Shown here one piece after another: positions 52,722 to 60,968 of a stretch of DNA of 64,000 nucleotides. Source of the DNA: a virus. The stretch is from IMG/VR virus record IMGVR_UViG_3300031949_000019. One strand, given 5' to 3'. Numbering within the stretch: position 1 is the stretch's first letter; every line of letters begins with the position of its first letter. The notes beneath the pieces were generated by a model. It had not been told where the DNA came from. It saw nothing but the letters and a program-made list of their open reading frames with translations, and made no database searches. Position numbers and translations under genes: made by a program.

Positions 52722-52890
52722 CTATTACCTCCGCATCCAGAATGTCTTCGTAGATGATTTCAGCGTCCAAGGGGTCGGACTGCTTAACATGTTGGGCGCT
52801 TAGTTCCGCCATGCTTAATTCCGCCATTCGTTCGGCATAGTACCGCAGCCAAGCGTCAAACTTCTCTTGATTAGGCGTTATACAAGCCAT
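52714..52890 (-). CDS. 58-aa acidic protein (below ORF-track cutoff)
   Basis: MACITPNQ...EVIDG*, AAGGAG RBS, internal MAELS-MAELS tandem duplication. Confidence 0.55.
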   Translation of the reverse strand: MACITPNQEKFDAWLRYYAERMAELSMAELSAQHVKQSDPLDAEIIYEDILDAEVIDG

Positions 52891-52914
52891 CAATCCTGCT
52901 CCTTCTCTACCTGC

Positions 52915-53229
52915 TCACGAGGGACACTTGCAAAACTTAAACGGCTTGTGAAACCAATCGTCACAAACGGGGCAAATATAATGCGGAAAGGGAACGTCTG
53001 GACGCGAATGTTCTACTTTCTCTCTTGCTGCAATAAGAGCGTCAACTGCTTTTCCCCACGCTTCACACAGCGGCAATAATGAAGGCCAGTCAGTGTCCAG
53101 CTTATTTGCCATCGCGTTGGCTGCTTCTCGATACGCGACGCTGGCAGAAACCACTCTTTCTTCTAAATTAGAGATTTCAGAGTTGCGGTCCATGTGGGAA
53201 TTGGGAGCGATGTCAATTCGGGCACTCAT
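52915..53229 (-). CDS. hypothetical protein with C-terminal CPVC zinc motif
   Basis: Start set at MSARID (TGATG overlap). Confidence 0.55.
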   Translation of the reverse strand: MSARIDIAPNSHMDRNSEISNLEERVVSASVAYREAANAMANKLDTDWPSLLPLCEAWGKAVDALIAAREKVEHSRPDVPFPHYICPVCDDWFHKPFKFCKCPS

Positions 53230-53372
53230 CAAAATACTCCGTTCGGTAAAATCTTGGTCACAAATCGGCGTAGAAGCGGTTCGGCTGTAAATAAGAGTCG
53301 CTCCCACCAACTAAGACGTGGCTGAGTATTTAGAATGTCAATGCACTTTTGAATAACCGTTCTCTCACTCAT
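53229..53372 (-). CDS. 47-aa hypothetical protein
   Basis: MSERTVIQ...PNGVF*, GAGG RBS in junction repeat. Confidence 0.45.
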   Translation of the reverse strand: MSERTVIQKCIDILNTQPRLSWWERLLFTAEPLLRRFVTKILPNGVF

Positions 53373-53599
53373 TGGTCAACCTCACGAATGAATTCATCAC
53401 ACAACCACGAAAAACTAGCGCGGTCAAATTTCTCACAAGTCTCGGGCAAGAATTCGTAAGTAGTATCAACAACAGCGGGAACATAAAACACACACACACC
53501 ACAACAGTCTGGGAAGTCGATCTCCCGATAATTTGGCGGACTAGCTTTTTGTTCCATTTTCAGCACCTTGCCGCGCTGTTTCAGCAATCGAGCCGGCAA
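53369..53599 (-). CDS. small Cys-rich protein
   Basis: DCCGVC...CEKF...WLCDEF; true start probably internal. Confidence 0.55.
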   Translation of the reverse strand: MPARLLKQRGKVLKMEQKASPPNYREIDFPDCCGVCVFYVPAVVDTTYEFLPETCEKFDRASFSWLCDEFIREVDQ

Positions 53600-53777
53600 T
53601 AAAAGATCGTAGCGCGATAAGTCTTACTAGATTCTTGCGCCCCGTAGAAAATTCCACCAAGCAAGACTTCCCTTGTTTGGAAGATTCCCACGCGCCGAAG
53701 TATTTAACAAATGTTGTTATAAGGAGTTGCTCTCGCTGCTCATTCGTAAAGTTGTTTATTCGTTCCATGCCACTCAT
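53541..53777 (-). CDS. hypothetical protein
   Basis: 78 aa, GAGG RBS in junction repeat. Confidence 0.5.
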   Translation of the reverse strand: MSGMERINNFTNEQREQLLITTFVKYFGAWESSKQGKSCLVEFSTGRKNLVRLIALRSFIAGSIAETARQGAENGTKS

Positions 53778-53786
53778 TGGTTAACC

Positions 53787-53951
53787 TCAACCGTCTATAA
53801 ATTCTTCGTCAATCACTTCGAACATTTTGCAGGGCTGAGAGCCATCTTTGATAACATCACAGAGCCAAGGGCGGTCACAGTCTTGGCAGTGCCCGTGACA
53901 CTCTATTGTGGCATGGCGTTGCTGCTCATTGATGTCTGCTTCAGTTATCAC
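53787..53951 (-). CDS. 54-aa Cys-rich protein (below ORF-track cutoff)
   Basis: MITEAD...CHGHCQDC...WLCD...PCKMF...EFIDG*. Confidence 0.5.
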   Translation of the reverse strand: MITEADINEQQRHATIECHGHCQDCDRPWLCDVIKDGSQPCKMFEVIDEEFIDG

Positions 53952-53978
53952 GGAATAGTATTACTCCCTCAATCAATT

Positions 53979-54176
53979 CTACTGCTCCTCTGCTGAAGTA
54001 GATGGAGTGGAAAATAGTTCGGGAAATAAATCTACCGCTTTCATTTTGACGGTGTACCGATAGGTACGCTTCGGGAAAAAGTAGTCGATTTCAATTTCAT
54101 CTTCCACTACATCATCATCGACGTAAATTTCCACGGCGTCTATAATTCGAGTACTGTAAACTAATTCCTTTCCCAT
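53979..54176 (-). CDS. small acidic protein
   Basis: 65 aa, purine-rich RBS. Confidence 0.55.
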   Translation of the reverse strand: MGKELVYSTRIIDAVEIYVDDDVVEDEIEIDYFFPKRTYRYTVKMKAVDLFPELFSTPSTSAEEQ

Positions 54177-54239
54177 TTCCCCTCTCCCCTTGAATTCCTG
54201 AATTCTGATTGACTACTCACGCCTTCGCTTCGCCTCGAT

Positions 54240-55058
54240 CTAAGCATTCGTCAAAGCGGCCTGATTAGATTGAATCAATTGCTTGCAGTATTCAGTCTTT
54301 CGGTCCCATACTTGAAATTCCCAAGTGCGTTGCGCTTCAGCGTCAGCCTTTGAGTGAAATAGGCAGTTACCTAATTGATGTGGGTCAATCGTCTCGATCT
54401 TGTTGTGGTGTCCCTCAAAGGCCCAGTCTTTTGCGGTCTTGGCAATCAGCCTGACTGGGTAACCTCTACTCAAGTCACGGTTGATGCTGCCCCAAAGCAC
54501 GTACATTTCCGCGCCAATTTCAGGCTCCGACTTGTCGATTTCAGGCGTGTCTTCCTGAAACATATTTTCCAAGCTGTGGTAAATGTCCGACGATAACGAA
54601 GCCTCGCGAGTGCACTCCGTTTCAACGATAGTGGTCAAGATTCCGTCAACAAAGGTGGCCTCGTAAGTAACGCCTTCGTGGTCGCACCCGTCCGGGGTGA
54701 ACGTCATTCCATAAGACATCGAACTCCAATTGCTGTGATAGAACTCCAGCACGCCGTGGAATCGCTGCTGCACCCATCGCTTATTAACGCGTGACATGCA
54801 GCCAACAAATCCCGACAAGGGGTTATCCGCTAACTCCTGCGGCAGTTCTTCGTTAGGGTGTTCGGCTTTCCACTTAGCGCGCTCGCTGTGGTCTTCAGTG
54901 TCATATTCTTCAATCCATAGTGTGCCGTCATCTCGGATTTCATATAAATCCATCCGACAGCCCAAGCTTTTGGTCTGATACTGATAGTCAGGCGTGGCCC
55001 ACGCTGGCGGCACAGTCGGCAGCGGATACCGACAGACGATATGATCGTACATTCCCAT
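54240..55058 (-). CDS. conserved phage hypothetical protein
   Basis: MGMYD.I.C..PLP...YQTKSLGC.MDLYEI..DGTL pattern common in uncharacterised phage proteins. Confidence 0.7.
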   Translation of the reverse strand: MGMYDHIVCRYPLPTVPPAWATPDYQYQTKSLGCRMDLYEIRDDGTLWIEEYDTEDHSERAKWKAEHPNEELPQELADNPLSGFVGCMSRVNKRWVQQRFHGVLEFYHSNWSSMSYGMTFTPDGCDHEGVTYEATFVDGILTTIVETECTREASLSSDIYHSLENMFQEDTPEIDKSEPEIGAEMYVLWGSINRDLSRGYPVRLIAKTAKDWAFEGHHNKIETIDPHQLGNCLFHSKADAEAQRTWEFQVWDRKTEYCKQLIQSNQAALTNA

Positions 55059-55088
55059 CTACTCCACCTTCTTCCCTTTCTCCTCCAG

Positions 55089-55370
55089 TCAGTGATTCAA
55101 ATTCGCCAACTTGCGCCAGATCGCGCACACGTCCTCAAATAGTTCCCAAGTACGCTCGTAGTAACGCCACATCGCCGCCAAGTTCTCTTCGGTCGGATTC
55201 GCGTGATAACGTTGGCAGGCAGTTTTATGTTCTGCCAGCGCGACTTCGTGGCGACTGTCAGCGTCTTTCCAATCTCGTTCAAGTTGCGCCTTTCGCAACC
55301 GTTGATTCTCCGCCACGCTTGCCCGATCCCGTACGCGCTGGATAAATTTACTAACGTATGGAATGTTCAT
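55089..55370 (-). CDS. hypothetical coiled-coil protein
   Basis: 93 aa, GGAG RBS. Confidence 0.6.
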   Translation of the reverse strand: MNIPYVSKFIQRVRDRASVAENQRLRKAQLERDWKDADSRHEVALAEHKTACQRYHANPTEENLAAMWRYYERTWELFEDVCAIWRKLANLNH

Positions 55371-55532
55371 TTCTTACCCCGCTCCTTCAGCTTCAATAAA
55401 ATCTTCCACCACAACACCAACGGAAGCAGAAAAGCATACCAGCCATTAACCCAGTCTCCTCGCAGAAAAATGTAACGCGGTCGTTCGCCCATCGCGTCTT
55501 ATCCCCTTTCTCCTTCTGTGGTAAAGTATCAG

Positions 55533-55742
55533 TCAGTTATTTGACACCTCGGATGCAGGCGCAAGTAGGTTGTGATCAAGAATTGATTCTAACCTCTCTA
55601 TCCAGAAATGCGCCGGATCGTCAACCGAAAGCGGATCGGAAGAGAACAATTTCCAGATTCGTAGGGCACATTGCTGGTATCGCTCAACCAAGTTCGGAAC
55701 CCTATCCGCCTCTGGCGGCAGAAAAGATTTATCAGCGCTCAC
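55533..55742 (-). CDS. hypothetical protein
   Basis: 69 aa, GTGA overlap. Confidence 0.5.
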   Translation of the reverse strand: MSADKSFLPPEADRVPNLVERYQQCALRIWKLFSSDPLSVDDPAHFWIERLESILDHNLLAPASEVSNN

Positions 55743-56083
55743 CGTGTCTTATCTCCCTCTACAGCAGTGTTTAGCTTACGTACTATGCCCTCGCATTCAT
55801 CGCCGCCCACGATAACTCTCCATTTATCGCCCTTGCTCCAACGCCGGATGTTCCATTTTAAGGTAGAGAGGAACGCTTCGTCAGGAATATATGTCGGAAT
55901 GTCCAAATTTTTACAGTGAACACAAGTCCAGTTACCGTTCTTGCCGCGATGTACATCCGGCTCCGCTAAGGTGAGATGGTCAATACACTCAGGAAGTACC
56001 CACATATCAGGATATTCGTCCGACTCTCCGTAGAAAATCGCCACAGTATTTGTTCCATCCCAACCATATTTTGAAACTGGCAT
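55739..56083 (-). CDS. hypothetical protein
   Basis: 114 aa, TAATG coupling. Confidence 0.6.
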   Translation of the reverse strand: MPVSKYGWDGTNTVAIFYGESDEYPDMWVLPECIDHLTLAEPDVHRGKNGNWTCVHCKNLDIPTYIPDEAFLSTLKWNIRRWSKGDKWRVIVGGDECEGIVRKLNTAVEGDKTR

Positions 56084-56631
56084 TATCTGGACTTATCTCC
56101 CTTCTCCCGAACGCCCCCAGTATTACCGGCGCCCCCACTCTTCGACAGGTCGTCGGCCAGCGCCTTCTCATCTTCATAACGGCTCATCGGCAGCCCCTTA
56201 TCAACCCGCATCCGACTCCCCGCCTGGTACTCCGGCGTCGTCTTGTAAATCCGTGCGCGCGCTACACCCAAAGCCGAAACCTGATCTCGATCTCCAACCC
56301 GCCCCGACGACTCCCGTATCACACTCGTAATCGCGTCCGCCAGCTCGTCCCGACTCTTTGGTGTCGGAATTTGTATTACACTTTGCGCCCCAGATTGTAT
56401 TTCACCTGCCCTTTGTATTTCACCGCTCGACGAATTTGTAATACGTTTCTCGTCCCCAGCAGCCTCCCGCACGCAAGTTGTAATACAACCCGCAATGCTC
56501 TTCTGCCCCGTTTCCTCTTTCCACCGCTCCAGTATCTCAATCACATCCACCGGAAGCCGCACACTCGTTGCCTTTGTCTCTATTTGTTCAAGATTTTCCA
56601 TGTACCACACCCTATCAGAAATGTATTTCAC
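56083..56631 (-). CDS. ribbon-helix-helix (CopG/Arc-like) DNA-binding protein with disordered tail
   Basis: TKATSVRLPVDVIEILERWKEETGQKSIAGCITTCVREA. Confidence 0.6.
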   Translation of the reverse strand: MKYISDRVWYMENLEQIETKATSVRLPVDVIEILERWKEETGQKSIAGCITTCVREAAGDEKRITNSSSGEIQRAGEIQSGAQSVIQIPTPKSRDELADAITSVIRESSGRVGDRDQVSALGVARARIYKTTPEYQAGSRMRVDKGLPMSRYEDEKALADDLSKSGGAGNTGGVREKGDKSR

Positions 56632-56901
56632 GCGTCAACATAATTCCGCACTCCCTTAACGAAATTCTAAAATTTGCGAAATTTATTTTTAGGATGACGT
56701 CCGTCTGGAATAGCTGTGCAGCGATGTATAGCCGAGCCGTGGAAAGCCGCCGGCCTCGCGAAAGGGCCGGGGTCAAACTCCGTTCGCCAGGGAACGATCA
56801 AGGCCGGGGAGGGGTCGCCAAGCGCAAGCGAGCACCTAACCGGTTGCTCACCTAAGCGCATGGTGCGCAGTAAGATAGCGCGTTATAACGTGTGCGATGT
56901 G

Positions 56902-56910
56902 TGGTATAAT
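56902..56910 (+). promoter_or_regulatory. extended -10 promoter, leaderless
   Basis: TG-g-TATAAT, ATG 7 nt downstream. Confidence 0.65.
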
Positions 56911-56917
56911 GTGCGCC

Positions 56918-57433
56918 ATGAGTCGATACTTCCGGGCAGCAATGATCATGTGTGAAGGATGTAAGGAATGGATACCTAAGCGGCGTAGGCCGTGCCACAG
57001 GTGCGGTGTAATACCGCTCATTCCCGGCCCTCAGCGCCCAGTCAAAACCCGACAGACACACACGGCTAAGCCTCGAATCATGCTCCCCACGCTGACAGAT
57101 AGGTCACTGACGTTCGTTTACCTGATAACGGATGGTAAGTTCTGCAAGATAGGGTTTGCAAAGGATTTAGCGCGACGATTCCAAGCGCTTCAGAATGCAA
57201 CCCCTTACGAGCTGCGTCTCGTTGACTCCGTAGAGACGAACGATCCGCGGGCGCTGGAGGCTTTCCTGCATGGACTCTTTGCGGCCAAGCATCACCGGAA
57301 CGAACGGTTCAGACTGATTGGGATTGACGAATGGAAGGTAAAACTCGGTGAGGCGCAATCACTACTCACGACCACAATATCTAGTGCAATTTCATCCGCG
57401 CAACAAGACTCGTTAAACACTGGCTCAATCTAA
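56918..57433 (+). CDS. GIY-YIG (T5orf172/MUG113-like) protein with N-terminal zinc ribbon
   Basis: FVYLITDGKFCKIGFAKDLARRFQALQ...LEAFLH..F; CEGC...CHRCG. Confidence 0.85.
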   Translation: MSRYFRAAMIMCEGCKEWIPKRRRPCHRCGVIPLIPGPQRPVKTRQTHTAKPRIMLPTLTDRSLTFVYLITDGKFCKIGFAKDLARRFQALQNATPYELRLVDSVETNDPRALEAFLHGLFAAKHHRNERFRLIGIDEWKVKLGEAQSLLTTTISSAISSAQQDSLNTGSI

Positions 57434-57485
57434 ACAGCTTACCTCGATAACGCCTTACATAATAACAATTATCAGCCACCAGACG

Positions 57486-57971
57486 TTAAACCGTGCCGTC
57501 CGTGATACACCTCGGATCCGGTTCTGGCGTCACATCGATCACTTCCCCTTCCAAGCCGGCTGCCAGTGCTGATTGCAGGATAATTACCAGCTCCTGGCGC
57601 TCTACTTCCGCGCTGATTGAGGTCGGAAGGCCCAATATAAGCTGCCTTTTCTCGATACTTTGCCCCATTGCCCCAACGACTTCGCGCACAGACGCGGACG
57701 GAAGCATCGCAGGAAGCATATCAGCGCATTGGTGAGCGATATTATGGAGCTTTTCAGCGAGGTCTATTTGTTTACTCTGCCGAATTTTAGCAAATCGGTC
57801 CGAGTTGGCTAACCAGTATTGGATAGTGGCGTGATGGATGCCGGTTTCTTTGGATGTCTGCAGAACGTTGCCGCCATTGGCTTCTACAAGGGCGAGAACT
57901 TCGGCTTTGCGGTCCAGTGAATAATCCTGGTAGATAGTTTGAGAGGGGCTGGATTCCAGAACTGCGCTCAT
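57486..57971 (-). CDS. terminase small subunit-like HTH protein
   Basis: YSLDRKAEVLAL...GNVLQTSKETGIHHATIQYW HTH, then helices ending EKRQLILGLPT. Confidence 0.55.
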   Translation of the reverse strand: MSAVLESSPSQTIYQDYSLDRKAEVLALVEANGGNVLQTSKETGIHHATIQYWLANSDRFAKIRQSKQIDLAEKLHNIAHQCADMLPAMLPSASVREVVGAMGQSIEKRQLILGLPTSISAEVERQELVIILQSALAAGLEGEVIDVTPEPDPRCITDGTV

Positions 57972-57978
57972 GGGCGAG

Positions 57979-57987
57979 AGAATAACA
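57979..57987 (-). promoter_or_regulatory. extended -10 promoter, leaderless, head of the late arm
   Basis: TG-t-TATTCT, ATG 7 nt downstream. Confidence 0.55.
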
Positions 57988-58229
57988 TAAGAGAGATTCT
58001 GGGCGATATAGCAATGTTTTGGGATTGTAGATTGACCTGTGCGGGGTTTTTAGGAAGTGAGTAAGGGGTTAGTATGGCCTAATTCTACCTGTTTGTAACA
58101 ACTTACGAGCGTTTAGGTTTCAGGACGAGCACACATTCCACGTTCAGGTACGCCGCGAGACTTGACGCGCTCGCTTTCCGCTCGCAAAGACCTTTAAGTA
58201 GATTCTTAGATTTATTTCGCCTTACCCTA

Positions 58230-58259
58230 TTGACAGACCGATATACCTTCCTGTAGATT
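58230..58259 (+). promoter_or_regulatory. sigma70-type promoter, leaderless
   Basis: TTGACA-18 nt-TAGATT, ATG 7 nt downstream. Confidence 0.7.
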
Positions 58260-58266
58260 GCTTGAC

Positions 58267-58491
58267 ATGGCAAAGCGAACAAAGATTGAAGCGGAAATCA
58301 AAGGGCTAACGGCGATTGTCCGCGAAGTCTACGTTGATTCAGGCCGCACAAAGCGCGTGATAGCAAAGCTTGATTGCCGTAATGATTCAGTCGAAGATTT
58401 CCAAATGCAGCTGGAAGGTTTCCTGAAGGCCGCGAATGAAACCGAAATAGGCCGGACATTGGATTTAGTCTTAGGCCGCATTTACAACTAA
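58267..58491 (+). CDS. hypothetical protein
   Basis: Start set at ATG 58267 behind promoter. Confidence 0.65.
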   Translation: MAKRTKIEAEIKGLTAIVREVYVDSGRTKRVIAKLDCRNDSVEDFQMQLEGFLKAANETEIGRTLDLVLGRIYN

Positions 58492-58502
58492 AGGAGATAA
58501 CA

Positions 58503-58718
58503 ATGCATTACTGGAACGATAACAATCACGTAACCGCGCAAGGCCCTGAAACACAAATGGATCTCTACCTCGGTGACAGTCTCATTCTTGACGGTGATGA
58601 GTATAAAATCATTGAGATCGGCGACGAGGGTATCAACTTGCAAGCCGTTCGTGATTGTATTTACCCGGCCCGCACGCGCCGTCTGTCACCTAATCAGGTT
58701 GACGCTCTACAGTTCTGA
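58503..58718 (+). CDS. hypothetical protein
   Basis: 71 aa, AAAGGAG RBS. Confidence 0.7.
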   Translation: MHYWNDNNHVTAQGPETQMDLYLGDSLILDGDEYKIIEIGDEGINLQAVRDCIYPARTRRLSPNQVDALQF

Positions 58719-58825
58719 CTGGAATCAAAGCACCTGAACGTGTCTACCGTGGCCGAGTTTCAGCTTATGGCGACTGGGCAATAATCGCTAAAATCAACCA
58801 CATTCGTTAAAGGAGCGTTTTACTT

Positions 58826-59104
58826 ATGGACACGCAAACAATCGAGATAGTAAGCGTAAGAGACGGAAAGTTTCACCGGCCTGACAGCACGTCATTTACC
58901 GGACGCGGCAACGACTTAAGAGACGCAAGGCTGATGCGTTGTGGCCGCTCGCTAGTGCCAGACAATTTCTTTGAAACGGTTGCCGATGCCGATAGGTATA
59001 CCGGCGGGCGATTAGAGAACCATATCTGTCAGCAGTGCGAGAGGAAAGTCAGCCATTTGTGGCGAGTGCCCGCAGTGCTGAAGAGCGGAATCCCCATGTT
59101 CTAA
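58826..59104 (+). CDS. hypothetical protein
   Basis: 92 aa, AAAGGAG RBS. Confidence 0.7.
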   Translation: MDTQTIEIVSVRDGKFHRPDSTSFTGRGNDLRDARLMRCGRSLVPDNFFETVADADRYTGGRLENHICQQCERKVSHLWRVPAVLKSGIPMF

Positions 59105-59149
59105 TCCGTTACTCCAATTCACGGCCAAACTCACTAGGGAGCAAATAAA

Positions 59150-59428
59150 ATGAATCGCACAACCAGGGCACAGAGAATCAACAAACGATATGATGCTATT
59201 TGGGAGCATTACGATAAACAGCGAAACGAGCATTTTACTTGTGACTGTAATAGCGGCGCGACTCGCATCCTGTCCGCTGATCGGGTTGAGCATAAATGCG
59301 GGTTTCGGCCAAGTGCCAACTATGGAACACTAGGCAGTTGGGTGCCTTATCGTCGCGTGCAAATCAATGGTACTGACCGCTTCAACTGGTTTGTTGACTA
59401 CCAGTCTACTCCGAAGGTGCAAGTATGA
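59150..59428 (+). CDS. hypothetical protein
   Basis: 92 aa, GGGAG RBS. Confidence 0.65.
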   Translation: MNRTTRAQRINKRYDAIWEHYDKQRNEHFTCDCNSGATRILSADRVEHKCGFRPSANYGTLGSWVPYRRVQINGTDRFNWFVDYQSTPKVQV

Positions 59429-59619
59429 AACGCGAAAATTCTCAAAACGACGCGATCGCCAACGGCATACTTAAAGCCATTGAGATGCGAGCGATTGTGC
59501 TAGTGCATCCGCGATACTTGCCGCAGGTTCTTGCGCTTCAGGTGCAGGGGTTAGTCGATCAACAAATAGGTAGTCTGAAACTGATTGAGGTTCGCAAGAC
59601 GAACGCAAAAAGACAGTAA
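59425..59619 (+). CDS. hypothetical protein
   Basis: 64 aa, ATGA overlap. Confidence 0.55.
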   Translation: MKRENSQNDAIANGILKAIEMRAIVLVHPRYLPQVLALQVQGLVDQQIGSLKLIEVRKTNAKRQ

Positions 59620-59630
59620 AGGAAAGACAG

Positions 59631-59996
59631 GTGTTTCGGAGCGTGAATAACCTAACCGTCGAACTTGGCCCCAAAGATAACGTAATCAGCATTGAGGTTA
59701 AGCGCAAGCATAGATTCCAGCGCAATGCTTGTCAGCACCACAGAGTTGACGTTGACGAAACTTTAGCCAACGTAATGTGCCGAGACTGTGGAAAAGAAGT
59801 AAACGCTATCGCGTGGATCGTGATGATGACAACAGAATGGTGGCGAGTAAAAGACCTCTATCAGTTGTATAAGGATGCCGCTGAGGTGTGGGAGGCAAAG
59901 CAGCGAACGCAATGCCAGCATTGCAAGAAACTAACGCCCGTCAATGCACCGTCAGAGTTTAGCCAGAAAATGAGAGAGCGAGGACACGTCGTATGA
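59631..59996 (+). CDS. conserved phage zinc-binding protein
   Basis: CQH..V.VDE....V.CRDCGKEVN...CQHC. Confidence 0.7.
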   Translation: MFRSVNNLTVELGPKDNVISIEVKRKHRFQRNACQHHRVDVDETLANVMCRDCGKEVNAIAWIVMMTTEWWRVKDLYQLYKDAAEVWEAKQRTQCQHCKKLTPVNAPSEFSQKMRERGHVV

Positions 59997-60217
59997 AAAT
60001 AATTGAAGCAAATTCCGCATCCGAACTGTACTCGACACTTGAAAACCTCTACGGCGATTTGTTTTTACTGGGCCTTGCCGAAATTACCCTAGAGTCCATT
60101 TACGAAGGCTCATTCCGAGACGCGGGGAAGGCTCTCAAGCGGTTACAGTCTCACCGTTCCGATACGTTAATAGAACATGCTATCGGTTGCGCAAGACGCG
60201 ACGGCCAACGAGTTTGA
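59993..60217 (+). CDS. hypothetical protein
   Basis: 74 aa, ATGA overlap. Confidence 0.55.
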   Translation: MKIIEANSASELYSTLENLYGDLFLLGLAEITLESIYEGSFRDAGKALKRLQSHRSDTLIEHAIGCARRDGQRV

Positions 60218-60220
60218 GAA

Positions 60221-60595
60221 ATGCAAAAATTGAGGGATCGGCTGCCCAAACTCCGGCCAACGATTGATACCGGCGAGGTTTACGTGCTAAAGCGTGGCGA
60301 TGCTTACAAGATAGGTTTCTCGCGATCAGACGTGGACAGACGCGCGCGCGCTAATCAGGGCGAGCTACTTTTCACTATTCCGACCGGCCAGCAGCCCGGA
60401 CAGCTAGAGTGCATCATAAACCATCGCTTTGCGGCCAAGCGAATGAGAGGTGGCAAACGAGCATGGTTCGCGCTCGATACCTCAGACCTTGAATGGTTGC
60501 AGGGATTAGCGCATTTCATGGCTGACACGGTTAGCTATCTACCTGACAAAATAAAGGCAAACCGCATAGCAAACAAAGGAGTGGATCATGACTAA
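60221..60595 (+). CDS. GIY-YIG (T5orf172-like) protein
   Basis: GEVYVLK...YKIGFSR...RR...LE..I.H.FAAKR...WFAL. Confidence 0.8.
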   Translation: MQKLRDRLPKLRPTIDTGEVYVLKRGDAYKIGFSRSDVDRRARANQGELLFTIPTGQQPGQLECIINHRFAAKRMRGGKRAWFALDTSDLEWLQGLAHFMADTVSYLPDKIKANRIANKGVDHD

Positions 60596-60767
60596 CGAGA
60601 TAGAGCAAATAATTAAGATTGAGCACGAAATCTTAATCGCCGTGTTCTGCGATTCCTGCCAGAAGCCCGTCGGCGTTTCAAATGTTGTTCAGTTCATAAC
60701 CACGGACACCGGGAAGAAAGACGGGATGGAGCTACACGTCCAGCCTTGCGAGTGTAAAACAAAATGA
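60588..60767 (+). CDS. 59-aa Cys-containing protein (below ORF-track cutoff)
   Basis: MTNEIEQ...FCDSCQK...PCECKTK*, AAAGGAG RBS. Confidence 0.55.
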   Translation: MTNEIEQIIKIEHEILIAVFCDSCQKPVGVSNVVQFITTDTGKKDGMELHVQPCECKTK

Positions 60768-60940
60768 CTGAAACTCTCAAACAACTCCTCTGCCTCCGCT
60801 GTGGTCATAAATGGTGGCCCAAGTCACCAGCTAAACCACGAACGTGCGCGAGTTGTAATTCACCTTACTTTTCAACGCCCGCGAAGCATACAAACAGGGC
60901 AACTTGTAAGTGTGCTGCCTGTAAGAAAAAGATTGCGTAA
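60764..60940 (+). CDS. 58-aa zinc-ribbon protein (below ORF-track cutoff)
   Basis: CLRCGHKWWPKSPAKPRTCASCNSPYF...CKCAAC; ATGA overlap. Confidence 0.65.
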   Translation: MTETLKQLLCLRCGHKWWPKSPAKPRTCASCNSPYFSTPAKHTNRATCKCAACKKKIA

Positions 60941-60961
60941 CTATATCGCTTGCCCTACAAT
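60933..60961 (+). promoter_or_regulatory. sigma70-type promoter, leaderless
   Basis: TTGCGT-17 nt-TACAAT, in-frame GTG 7 nt downstream. Confidence 0.65.
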
Positions 60962-60968
60962 GTTGGGC

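Noticed and set aside
56050-56643. 197-aa + strand ORF antisense to the RHH gene
   Set aside because: Biased composition, no motifs; likely shadow.
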